Source of the DNA: Syntrophales bacterium
GTDB taxonomy: Bacteria > Desulfobacterota > Syntrophia > Syntrophales > UBA6807
Length of the DNA stretch: 64,000 bases
Assembly: GCA_040767195.1 (NCBI GenBank)
Contig: JAXGPA010000006.1
Coordinates: forward strand, 1 to 64,000
Reading direction: 5' to 3'
The notes beneath the pieces are model-generated. The model was not told the DNA's origin and made no database searches. It worked only from the letters and a program-made list of their open reading frames with translations. Made by a program: the position numbers and the translations under genes. Shown one piece after another: positions 1 to 8,505 of the stretch (positions are counted from its first letter, which is position 1; every line of letters starts with the position of its first letter).

Positions 1-2199
1 TTATTTCTTTCTTTTTTTCTTTTTGCCCTGGTGCCGGTCCGCGTCGAAGAGCCTTTCCACTTCTTCAAGCCGTCTCGCCTGTTCATCGGTAATTTTTCCC
101 GCCGCTGGAACGAGTTCCCGGATCACGTCGAGCACCTCGGCCCGCTTGTCCCTGTCGTCGGGAAGCATGGACGGAATAGCCGCCATGGCCGCGTTTTGAT
201 CAAGCAAGAGGGCAAAAAACTGTTTGCGGACCAAGTCCTTGTATTCTTTAAGGGTGATCTTGTCGTATCTGGCTCGGAACCGGCGGAGGGCTCTGAAGTT
301 CCTCTCGTCAACCCCCTGTCCGACCATCCTGATGTAAACGAGGCTGCGGACGAAGGCCTCGACCAGACCACCCTCGCCAAGCCGATCTTTGAGTTCGGCA
401 ATCCGTTCCTTGATGAATGCGATCTGTTCCGGTTCCATGCCGGGACGCCGGCGGGGGCTTTCATCCGAAGCCCCGAGACCGACCAGTGACTGCAGGAGCG
501 GTGAGCCGTAAACAGCGAGAAAAACCTGTTCGAGGCCCCTGTCACGCATATCCCGCCAGCCGTTCAGCAGGGCGATGACCGTCTCGGATACGATGGCCTG
601 CATCCGCACCAGGGGGTTGTCCGGCTGGACGGGCCGGCGGTCCTGGCGCACCTCTTCAGCGAGATTCGCAATCTGCTCCATGAAGGGGTTGCGGTCGGAA
701 AAGAGCTCGTAGGGCAGCGTGTAAGGGTTCAGCTTCCGGAGCCATTCGGCGCTTTGCTCGCTGGTGAATGCCTGGATGAAAGGCTGCACCAGAAGGCGGT
801 AAAGGCTCAAGTTCACATCAGACACCCCGCGCACCGCGGCAAACTGGGTGTCATTTTCCGCATCGGGCTGAACGATGGCCCGGATATCGTCCAGGGTCCG
901 GTGTTCGAAACGGGTGATCCACTCTCCCGCGATCAGTTCCTGTCCGGCGTCGTCGGCCTTCCTGGGAGTCAGGACCGCCTCATAAATCCCCGGCGGCAGG
1001 ACATCGATCATGTCGATGTTGGATGCCAATTCCTCGTGTTCCTTCCTCGCCACGCTTCCGGAGACGAAAATCCCGAGATGGCCGATTTGCTTGTGGATCG
1101 TGTAGACGATGGTCTGACCACAGGCGAGGAGGTCTTCATCTTTTTCATAGAGATCGACGATCCAGCCGAGGGCCTGCTGCGGCGGGGTGATGTTGTCGCC
1201 CTCGGAGCAGAAGCAGATAATGGGAGAATGGATGTTCCGCAGGTCGACCCGGACCCCGTCGCTCGTGATAATTTCCGCGGTGGCCAGGCGGTTGCCGATG
1301 AAAAGCTGATCGACGATCCACTGGATTTCCTCGGCATTCAGGTTGACGTGGCCGCCCCAGTAGGTCTCGAAATCGAGAAAGCGCTGCGCTTCCGTGTCCA
1401 CATTTGCCCACACGTTGTAATTCTTGGTCCACAGCGTATTGGCGGGGTTGAGGTTCTCGAAGTTCCCCACCAGCCAGGCGCCATCGAACTTGCCGTGTCC
1501 CAGGTCGCTGGTGAGCGCCGTAAGCCAGCTGCCGCCCAGGAGCCCGCCGGTGTAACGCATCGGGTTCCGGCCCTCCACGCCCGCCCAGTAGGACATGGGG
1601 GAACCGGGGACGATTATCGGCCCGAAGAGTTCCGGCCTCGTCGCGGCCAGCATCATGACCGCCCAGCCGGCCTGGCAGTTTCCAATGACGCAGGGTTTAC
1701 CCTCCGCTTCGGGGTGGAGCTGAATCACTTTTTCCAGGAAGACCGCCTCGGCCCGCATGATGTCCTCGATGGTCTGATGGGGCATGGGCTCGGGGCCGAA
1801 CCCGATGAAATAGCAGGGATGGCCGGCCTTCATCGCGACGCCGATTTCGCTGTCCGCCTTGAACCCGCCGATTCCCGGCCCGTGCCCGGCCCGCGGGTCG
1901 ACCACCACGAAGGGGCGTTTCTGCATGTCAAGGAGCACGCCTTTCGGCGGCTTGATCCTCGCAAGCCCGTAGTTGACAGGCCGCTCAAGCTGCCGGCCAT
2001 CGACCAGAACTTCAGCCTCGAAACGAAGCACATTAGGTATCTTCATGGCCTTGTGCTCGTAATACTGGTTGCTTCTCTGCCGCAGTACATCCCAGAAGAG
2101 AATCGTCCGTTGCCAGAAATCCGTCCAGTAATCAACGTTCTGCGTAATGAATTCAGGCAGGTTCCAGAGATCGGAAAAAGGTTTCGATTTATCTTCCAT
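1..2199 (-). CDS. DUF3141-family alpha/beta-hydrolase (PHA synthase-like)
   Basis: 732 aa. RPFVVVDPRAGHGPGIGGFK signature, Cys lipase box GNCQAG, candidate Asp (GDNITP) and His (GHLGIF). RBS GGAGG upstream; TAA stop at 1-3. Confidence 0.85.
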   Translation of the reverse strand: MEDKSKPFSDLWNLPEFITQNVDYWTDFWQRTILFWDVLRQRSNQYYEHKAMKIPNVLRFEAEVLVDGRQLERPVNYGLARIKPPKGVLLDMQKRPFVVVDPRAGHGPGIGGFKADSEIGVAMKAGHPCYFIGFGPEPMPHQTIEDIMRAEAVFLEKVIQLHPEAEGKPCVIGNCQAGWAVMMLAATRPELFGPIIVPGSPMSYWAGVEGRNPMRYTGGLLGGSWLTALTSDLGHGKFDGAWLVGNFENLNPANTLWTKNYNVWANVDTEAQRFLDFETYWGGHVNLNAEEIQWIVDQLFIGNRLATAEIITSDGVRVDLRNIHSPIICFCSEGDNITPPQQALGWIVDLYEKDEDLLACGQTIVYTIHKQIGHLGIFVSGSVARKEHEELASNIDMIDVLPPGIYEAVLTPRKADDAGQELIAGEWITRFEHRTLDDIRAIVQPDAENDTQFAAVRGVSDVNLSLYRLLVQPFIQAFTSEQSAEWLRKLNPYTLPYELFSDRNPFMEQIANLAEEVRQDRRPVQPDNPLVRMQAIVSETVIALLNGWRDMRDRGLEQVFLAVYGSPLLQSLVGLGASDESPRRRPGMEPEQIAFIKERIAELKDRLGEGGLVEAFVRSLVYIRMVGQGVDERNFRALRRFRARYDKITLKEYKDLVRKQFFALLLDQNAAMAAIPSMLPDDRDKRAEVLDVIRELVPAAGKITDEQARRLEEVERLFDADRHQGKKKKRKK

Positions 2200-2690
2200 G
2201 AACGCCTCCTCGCTCGAAAAGCATGGAATACCACATCTTTTTAAGATGTTTTAGAAAGGGAACCGTCCATCAGGCGAAGATAGGGAACCCTGAAAACCAG
2301 AGCCCGATGAGGCACCCATGGGGAAATATAAAAGTTTTTTCGGTTCGGTGCTACAGATATTTTCGAAGCTGGACTTTTTTGAGCACGTTGACACAGTATC
2401 GGGTCACAGTACCGGGTCGGACCAAGGCAATTTATTTATTTAATTGAACATATCTCTAAAATTAAGATGTTTTTAGGCTTTAGAAGCATCTTTTCAGGGT
2501 TAAAATTGATACTGTAACGCTTCGAGGACTTTCGACTAATCTGCAGATCTGTAAGGAAAGGAAACAAGTCGATGGCCTCCTACAATACTTCAAATTGAAA
2601 GCGTTCCCTTGAATCTCTTTCCTGATGAATTCCAAAAGGGAATATGATATTTTTCACTAAATATTTTCAACATCGAATAGGAGGGTAATC

Positions 2691-3359
2691 ATGAAGCGCA
2701 TCTCATTGATTTCGTTTGCATTGGTAGTCATATTTATCATTTTGACAGGATGTGCCGGATCTGGTCCGATCGGCGGCAAAGGTATTCCACAATCAGAAAA
2801 GATGACACAACATCCTCAAGATGATCGCGCACTGCTTTATGTCAATACGGAAGCCCTCAAAAAAATCTGGTCGAAATTCATTGTCGAGCCGGTTCAGATT
2901 TATCAGGGAGAAGACAACGGCTTCCGTGACATCTCTATGGAGGATCGCCAGATGATGGCCGACTTCACCCGAAGCGAGGTGATTCGGGTCTTGGGGGAAA
3001 AGTACGCCATCGTCGAGAGTCCCGGGTCAGACACGTTGAGAATTAAACTAATCCTCGTGGGGCTTGAGAAAACAAATACCGTCATGAGAGGCCTCACATA
3101 TGGGAACCCGATGGGTCTTGCCATGAACTTGGGCAAAGGAGCCCTCGGAAAACAAGGTAACTTTTTAGGCTCCGTAACGCTTGCAGGAGAATTCGTCGAT
3201 AGCGAGACGGGTATAACTCATGTCGCCTTCATGGGCAAGATCAGTCCTTTTGCTCTGTCCCCCACCTTTATGCCTTGGGACGCTGCAAGGATGGGCATTA
3301 CAACCTTTGCGACTGATTTCAGGGATCGAATGGACCAAAACCGCGAGGGAGGCAAGTAG
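2691..3359 (+). CDS. DUF3313-family lipoprotein
   Basis: Signal peptide with lipobox LTGC; KFIVEPVQIY / PGSDTLRIKLIL / GSVTLAGEFVDS pattern; RBS AGGAGG. Confidence 0.75.
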   Translation: MKRISLISFALVVIFIILTGCAGSGPIGGKGIPQSEKMTQHPQDDRALLYVNTEALKKIWSKFIVEPVQIYQGEDNGFRDISMEDRQMMADFTRSEVIRVLGEKYAIVESPGSDTLRIKLILVGLEKTNTVMRGLTYGNPMGLAMNLGKGALGKQGNFLGSVTLAGEFVDSETGITHVAFMGKISPFALSPTFMPWDAARMGITTFATDFRDRMDQNREGGK

Positions 3360-3505
3360 AACGAAAGAAGAAGGAAAGGGCTGAATGAATAGAGCGAAGG
3401 CAGGCAGATTTGACAGTGCTATCACGTATTGCGTCGGCTTTCCTTGTATTTTTTTAAGTTGGTGATGCACAGACCATTACCCTATTAATTAGAGAGAAGG
3501 GTCTG

Positions 3506-3790
3506 CGGACCATCCTGGCTTTTCCGGAGCCTCTGTTATTTGAGTCCGGCCAGCATGGCCGGTGCTTCCTGTTTCCGATAGTATAAATCTTCGAACTCGG
3601 CGGGCGGGATATTACCGATGGGCTCAAGCATTCGCCGGTTGTTGAACCAATTCAACCAGTCGAGGGTTTCGAACTCAACTTCTTCACACTTGCACCACGG
3701 GCCGAGACGATAAATTACCTCAATCTTATGCAATCCGATCACGGGAGAAAACGTCGATGATGAAAGCCACGTAAACGAAACCGGCCCAAG
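3506..3790 (-). mobile_element. IS3-family (IS51-group-like) remnant: internally deleted orfB plus degenerate right end
   Basis: Minus strand 3743-3790 encodes WAGFVYVAFIIDVFSR (DDE core start). It is joined directly to the C-terminal IGLHKIEVI..GPW..LDWLNWFNNRRMLEPIGNIPPAEFE (3536-3742). 3506-3532 resembles an IS3 terminal repeat. Confidence 0.8.
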
Positions 3791-3796
3791 TGTTAC

Positions 3797-3920
3797 TGAT
3801 CGGTGCTATGGAGCCAATAGGTGATCGCCGTAATGAGGCCACTTGCTGATCGCTGCAATGGAGCCAGCAGATGTTCACCGCAATGGAGCCACTTCGTGAT
3901 TACCGTAATGGAGACAGTGC
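3797..3920 (+). repeat. Five imperfect tandem repeats with exact 25-bp period (consensus TGATCGCCGCAATGGAGCCA-N5)
   Basis: Units start at 3797, 3822, 3847, 3872 and 3897. Such multiple terminal repeats are typical of IS21-family ends. Confidence 0.9.
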
Positions 3921-4018
3921 CTTGGTTCTTCGTTTACGGCACCGGGTTTGAAAAAGAGTCTCGGACCATGATGTGAACTCCGGTATACTCGCTGCATTTT
4001 TATATGGGAGGTGCCGGC

Positions 4019-4270
4019 ATGAGCAACTGGAGGTTCGAGTTGTACGAGTACCGTCAGGTGATTCACCGGATGCTCATGGGGGAGAAGGATCGAGCCATTG
4101 CCAGGACCGGGCTGATAGGCCGGATAAAATGCAAGGATGTTCTTGCCGTTGGCGGCAAGAACGGCTGGCTGGACCCCGGCCGGCCTCTTCCCAACGACGA
4201 GTCGCTGGCAGCGGTTTTCGAGAAACCCTACAATAACAATCCCACCCATGAGTCGTTGAGCCTTGTCCAT
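4019..4270 (+). pseudogene. istA: IS21-family transposase IstA, N-terminal fragment only
   Basis: MSNWRFELYEYRQVIHRMLMGEKDRAIARTGLIGR..GWLDPGRPLPNDESLA after RBS GGGAGG. Resemblance is lost after about 80 aa; no DDE core and no istB. Confidence 0.7.
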
Positions 4271-4416
4271 GTGCGAATGTCAGGAAAGGGTAATGTTGGC
4301 TGTGGTGTTACTTCAGTTTTTGCTACCACCCGGAGAGACCAAGCGGTCATGGCATGGTTGTTACAAGCAATAAGGAAAAACAAAAACGGGGAGAGAATGG
4401 GAAGTAAAATGCCCCG

Positions 4417-4453
4417 AACAAAAACAAGGGGCTACGGTGTTTCCGTAACCCCT
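4417..4453 (-). terminator. Hairpin plus U-tract downstream of tRNA-Lys
   Basis: AGGGGCTACGG-tgttt-CCGTAACCCCT (4427-4453), followed on the minus strand by TGTTTTTGTT. Confidence 0.6.
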
Positions 4454-4462
4454 CGTCTTTCT

Positions 4463-4539
4463 TGGTGGGCCCTGTCGGGATCGAACCGACGACCTACTGA
4501 TTAAGAGTCAGTTGCTGCTACCAGCTGAGCTAAGGGCCC
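4463..4539 (-). tRNA. tRNA-Lys(CTT)
   Basis: GGGCCCT acceptor stem, anticodon arm ACTGA-CTCTTAA-TCAGT, T-arm GTCGG-TTCGATC-CCGAC, encoded CCA; one extra C in the D-arm. Confidence 0.95.
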
Positions 4540-4571
4540 TTTTATTCCTTATTTGAATTTCAGTCGTTTCC

Positions 4572-4648
4572 TGGTACGCCCGGTAGGAGTCGAACCTACG
4601 ACCAACAGATTCGAAGTCTGCCACTCTATCCAGCTGAGCTACGGGCGC
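4572..4648 (-). tRNA. tRNA-Arg(TCG)
   Basis: GCGCCCG acceptor stem, anticodon arm GCAGA-CTTCGAA-TCTGT, GTTCGA T-loop, encoded CCA. Confidence 0.95.
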
Positions 4649-4677
4649 CTTTTTATCGGCTCAGAAGCCGGATGATG

Positions 4678-4706
4678 CTTATAGCAGACCGACGTCGAGA
4701 ATGCAA
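4678..4706 (-). promoter_or_regulatory. sigma70-type promoter for tRNA-Arg/tRNA-Lys
   Basis: TTGCAT-N17-TATAAG, 30 bp upstream of tRNA-Arg. Confidence 0.65.
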
Positions 4707-4771
4707 GGTCCGTCGCCCCGTTCCGGGAAAACTGCTTTTTAATTTCTTTCTTCGCGAAGGTCAAGCTTTTT

Positions 4772-5953
4772 TTAGACGATACCCTCCCGGTAAAAACGGT
4801 CGATCTCCCCTGCCCCGTAACCGAGCTCAGCCAGGATTTTCTCCGTGTGTTCGCCAAGCTGCGGCGGCGCGCTCCGGGCATTCGGCCCGTCTTCCGAAAA
4901 GCGGACGAGAGGAGCCTGCTGCGGAAAAAGCTCTCCGCCGGGGTTTTCCAGCCGTGACCAGAGATTCCGAAAGCGGACCTGGGGGTCATCCAGGGCCTCT
5001 TCGAGGGTGTGGACGGGAGAGAAGCAGATCCGGTGATTCTCGAAGAGGCCGAGCCACGCGTCACGGGTCCTTTCCTTCATGAGGGCCCTCACCTCGGCGA
5101 TGATCTCCTCTCTCCGAGGGCTGGGTACCATGTGTTCCCTGGCCAGGTCCTCCCTCCCGACGGCCCGGCAGAACCCCTGCCAGAACTTCTCCTCCAGGCA
5201 CCCCAGGGCGATGTACTTGCCGTCCCTCGTTTCGTAGACGTTATAAAAGGCATAGCCGCCCCCCACGAGGGTCTTCCCCCTCTCGATGCCCGGAAGGCCG
5301 GCCATGAACTGGGACATGACGAGACCGAGAAAGGGGGTCAGGCTGTCCAGGACGGCCATGTCCAGCCACTGTCCCCTCCCCGTCTTTTCCCGTGCCATGA
5401 GAGCCGCCAGGATCCCCAGGGCCGCTGTAAGACCGGCGCCTGTCCCGGCCACCTGGACGGCGGGCATGGCGGGCGGGCCGCCGTCGGTCCCGATGAGGTC
5501 GAGGACGCCGGACAGGGCGAGGAAATCGAGGTCGTGGGCCGGCCGGTTCCGGTAGGGGCCCTCCTGGCCGAACCCGGTCAGGGAGCAGTAGACGATCCTC
5601 TCGTTCGTTTTCTTTACCTCTTCGTAATCGAGCCCCAGGGACGCCATGACCCCCGGGTTGGCCGACTCGACGAGGACGTCGGCCCTTCGGGCGAGCTTCC
5701 ACAGGATTTCCCGTCCCCGGGGGGTTTTAAGGTTGAGGGTCATCCCCTCCTTGTTCCCGTTCAGGATGGCGAAATAGCTGCCCATGCCGTTGACGAGCGG
5801 GGGGGCCAGGCGGAAACCGTCCCCGGAACCGGGGGGTTCCACCTTGACGACACGGGCCCCCAGGTCGCCGAGAATCTGGGTGCAAAGCCCCCCGGGCAGA
5901 AGCTGGCTGAGATCGAGGACGAAGAGGCCCTCCAGCGGTCTGGTCATGGTCAT
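4772..5953 (-). CDS. CaiB/BaiF family III CoA-transferase
   Basis: PLEGLFVLDLSQLLPG..LGDLGARVVKVEPP..GD, AHDLDFLALSG, APPQLGEHT. Start moved to ATG 5953 (RBS CAGGAG). Confidence 0.9.
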   Translation of the reverse strand: MTMTRPLEGLFVLDLSQLLPGGLCTQILGDLGARVVKVEPPGSGDGFRLAPPLVNGMGSYFAILNGNKEGMTLNLKTPRGREILWKLARRADVLVESANPGVMASLGLDYEEVKKTNERIVYCSLTGFGQEGPYRNRPAHDLDFLALSGVLDLIGTDGGPPAMPAVQVAGTGAGLTAALGILAALMAREKTGRGQWLDMAVLDSLTPFLGLVMSQFMAGLPGIERGKTLVGGGYAFYNVYETRDGKYIALGCLEEKFWQGFCRAVGREDLAREHMVPSPRREEIIAEVRALMKERTRDAWLGLFENHRICFSPVHTLEEALDDPQVRFRNLWSRLENPGGELFPQQAPLVRFSEDGPNARSAPPQLGEHTEKILAELGYGAGEIDRFYREGIV

Positions 5954-6166
5954 GGTCTCCTGTTTCACATGAGTGAGATACGTCAGGCCGGCGAAAGCAG
6001 CCGCCAGAGGCCGGCCCGCGTCGACCCGTCCGTTTTTCCCCGGCAACTGCCGGGCTTCGGACCTGTATCCACGGCCGGCTCTTTCCGGCCTCATCTTCAC
6101 CCGGCGACCGCCGGGCATCGCCCCGGCGCAGCCGCCGTGCGGGAGGCCGGGTTTTCCTTGAGCCCC

Positions 6167-6487
6167 CTATTGTTTGAGCTGTTCCCCGAGCCAGAGAAGG
6201 TAGTCGGAACTCCCCCTCTCGATGGGAAGGGCGACGATCTCCGGGACCTCGTAGGGGTGGACCTCCCGGATGGCCTGTTCCGCCTCGCCGTAGAGTTCCC
6301 CGGCTGTCTTGACGGAACAGAGCCACTCGTCGGCCTTTTCCACCTCCCCTTTCCAGCGGTAGACGCTTTTTATGGGTCCGCTTACCTGGACACAGGCGGC
6401 AAGGCCCTTTCTGACGAGGTGCTCGGCGATGCGTCCGGCGTCCTCCGCCGTTTCGGCGGTGGTGAAAATCACGATGTAGGGCGTCAC
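6167..6487 (-). CDS. cutA: Divalent-cation tolerance protein CutA
   Basis: C-terminal 106 aa of ORF 6167-7840: LAACVQ..IKSVYRWKGEV..HPYEVPEIVALP. GTG start overlaps the oppF stop. Confidence 0.9.
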   Translation of the reverse strand: MTPYIVIFTTAETAEDAGRIAEHLVRKGLAACVQVSGPIKSVYRWKGEVEKADEWLCSVKTAGELYGEAEQAIREVHPYEVPEIVALPIERGSSDYLLWLGEQLKQ

Positions 6488-7524
6488 GGCATTCCTCTCC
6501 TTTCGGCGTCCGTTTCCCGGGGAACGGGGTTTCTCAGGTGGCAGGCCACGAGGCGTCCGTTTCCCGGGTCCTCGAGGGGGGGCTCGACTTTGTCGCAGGG
6601 GTCGAACCGGTAGGGGCACCGGGGGTGGAAGGCGCACCCCGCCGGCGGGTCGATGGGGCTCGGGACATCGCCGCCGAGGAGGACCCGGTCCCGGTGAAAT
6701 TCCGGGTCGGGAACGGGAATGGCGGCCATGAGGGCCTCCGTGTACGGGTGAAGGGGCTCCCGGAAAACGTCGGCGCTTCCCGCCAGCTCCACGATCTTCC
6801 CCAGGTACATGATGGCGATCCGGTCGCTCATGTACCCCACCACGGCGAGATCGTGGCTGATGAAGAGGTACGTGAGGCCCAGCTTCCCCTGGAGCTGTTT
6901 CAGGAGATTCAGGATCTGGGCCTGGACGGAGACGTCCAGGGCCGACACGGGTTCGTCGGCGATGATGAGTTCCGGCTCCAGGGCGATGGCCCGGGCGATG
7001 CCGATCCTCTGGCGCTGGCCCCCGCTGAACTCGTGGGGATACCGCGACGCCTGGTCCCGGTGAAGGCCCACCATCTCGAGGAGGCGGCCGACCCGTTCCT
7101 CCATTTCCCCGCCCCCGGCAAGCCCGTGGACGGCGAGGGGCTCCCCGACGATCGACCGGGCGCTCAGCCGGGGGTTCAGGGACATGTAAGGATCCTGGAA
7201 AACGAACTGGACCTTTCTGCGAAAGGATTTCAGGTCCTCTCCCCGGAGGGTGCCGATGTCCCGGCCGAGGAAACGGATCGTCCCCGCCGTCGGCTCCTCG
7301 AGCCGGACGATGAGGCGGCCCAGGGTGGTCTTGCCGCACCCGCTCTCCCCGACGAGGCCGAGGGTCTCGCCCCGGTAGAGGACGAGATCGACGCCGTCCA
7401 CCGCCCGGACCGGCTTCCCTTTCCCCGAAAGAAACCCTTCCCTGAGGGTGAAATGCTTCTTTACGCCCTCCATTTGGAGGAGCGGCTCCCTGGCGGCTGG
7501 GGGTTTCGGGTTCCCGCCGGTCAT
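6484..7524 (-). CDS. oppF: Oligopeptide/dipeptide ABC transporter ATPase (OppF/DppF type)
   Basis: [46 protein letters not shown] overlap with oppD. Confidence 0.9.
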   Translation of the reverse strand: MTGGNPKPPAAREPLLQMEGVKKHFTLREGFLSGKGKPVRAVDGVDLVLYRGETLGLVGESGCGKTTLGRLIVRLEEPTAGTIRFLGRDIGTLRGEDLKSFRRKVQFVFQDPYMSLNPRLSARSIVGEPLAVHGLAGGGEMEERVGRLLEMVGLHRDQASRYPHEFSGGQRQRIGIARAIALEPELIIADEPVSALDVSVQAQILNLLKQLQGKLGLTYLFISHDLAVVGYMSDRIAIMYLGKIVELAGSADVFREPLHPYTEALMAAIPVPDPEFHRDRVLLGGDVPSPIDPPAGCAFHPRCPYRFDPCDKVEPPLEDPGNGRLVACHLRNPVPRETDAERRGMP

Positions 7525-8495
7525 GGCTCCCTCCAGCAGCGGACGAAGTGCCCCTCTTCCCGCTCCTCGAGGGGGGGTTCCTCCTCCAGGCACCGGCCCT
7601 CGGCACCGGGGCAGCGGTCCTGGAATCGGCATCCCGGGGGCAGGGCGAACAGGTCGGGCACCGTGCCGGCGATGGTGGGCAGGAAACCTTTTCCCTCGCC
7701 CGCCGCGGCAAGGCGGGGAACGGATGCCATGAGGCCCCGGGTGTAAGGGTGTCCGGGCCGGGCGAAAATCCCGCGGACCTTCCCCTGTTCAACGATTTGT
7801 CCGGCGTACATGATGGCGGCGTGGTCCGCCGATTCGGCAACGACGCCCAGGTCGTGGGTGATGAGCATGACCGACGTTCCCGTTTCCTCCTTCAGCTTCC
7901 CGATGAGATCGATGATCTGGGCCTGGACGGTCACGTCGAGGGCCGTCGTGGGTTCGTCGGCCAGCATGAGCCGGGGCCTGCAGGCGAGCGCCATGGCGAT
8001 CATGACCCGCTGGCGCATGCCGCCGCTCATCTGGTGGGGATAGTTGTCCACCCTCTCCCGGGGCGAGGGAATCCGAACGAGGCGGAAGAGCTCCAGGACT
8101 TCCCGGTCCGTCTCCTTCCGGGAAAGGCCCCGGTGGAGCCGGAGCACCTCGGCGACCTGGTCGCCCACGGTGAGGACGGGGTTCAGGGAAGTCATGGGTT
8201 CCTGGAAGATCATGGAGATCTCGCCGCCCCGGACGGCCCGCATGTCCCGTTCTTCCAGGGACAGGAGGTCCCGGTCCTGGAAGAGGATTCTTCCGCCGGC
8301 ATACCGTCCCGGCGGGACCGGCACAAGGCGCATGACCGACAGGGCCAGGACCGTCTTCCCGCATCCCGACTCGCCGACGACACCCAGGGTCTCGCCTTCC
8401 CGCAGCCGCAGGCTCACCCCGTCGACGGCCCGGACGGTCCCGTCGCGGGTGTCGAAGTACGTCTTCAGGTCCTGGATCTCGAGGAGAGGGTTCAC
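7521..8495 (-). CDS. oppD: Oligopeptide/dipeptide ABC transporter ATPase (OppD/DppD type)
   Basis: [47 protein letters not shown]. Confidence 0.9.
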   Translation of the reverse strand: MNPLLEIQDLKTYFDTRDGTVRAVDGVSLRLREGETLGVVGESGCGKTVLALSVMRLVPVPPGRYAGGRILFQDRDLLSLEERDMRAVRGGEISMIFQEPMTSLNPVLTVGDQVAEVLRLHRGLSRKETDREVLELFRLVRIPSPRERVDNYPHQMSGGMRQRVMIAMALACRPRLMLADEPTTALDVTVQAQIIDLIGKLKEETGTSVMLITHDLGVVAESADHAAIMYAGQIVEQGKVRGIFARPGHPYTRGLMASVPRLAAAGEGKGFLPTIAGTVPDLFALPPGCRFQDRCPGAEGRCLEEEPPLEEREEGHFVRCWREP

Positions 8496-8505
8496 GGCTC
8501 TCCGG

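Larger units (their letters stand above)
3791..4270 (+). mobile_element. IS21-family left end with truncated istA
   Basis: Begins TGT at 3791, then five 25-bp-period repeats, an RBS and an IstA N-terminus. Right boundary approximate. Confidence 0.75.

Noticed and set aside
754..2244. Long antisense/shadow ORFs (also 5009-6613, 8647-10104, 10131-11822, 23487-25850, 29198-30931, 33611-35107, 42327-44621, 52913-54253 and others)
   Set aside because: They lie opposite well-supported genes, have no recognisable motifs, and are expected from stop-codon scarcity in GC-rich DNA.
3797..3920. 25-bp periodic repeats as a CRISPR array or plasmid iterons
   Set aside because: Only about 5 variable bases lie between units (no spacers), no cas or rep gene is present, and the array sits between a TGT terminus and an istA start, as expected for an IS21 end.
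4270..4504. C-terminal half of ORF 4004-4504 as part of the transposase
   Set aside because: It runs through the terminator and antisense into tRNA-Lys, so it is read-through after the truncation point.
6167..7840. 557-aa ORF as a CutA fusion protein
   Set aside because: Only the last 106 aa are CutA. The upstream part is an Arg/Pro/Gly-rich alternative frame of oppF/oppD.
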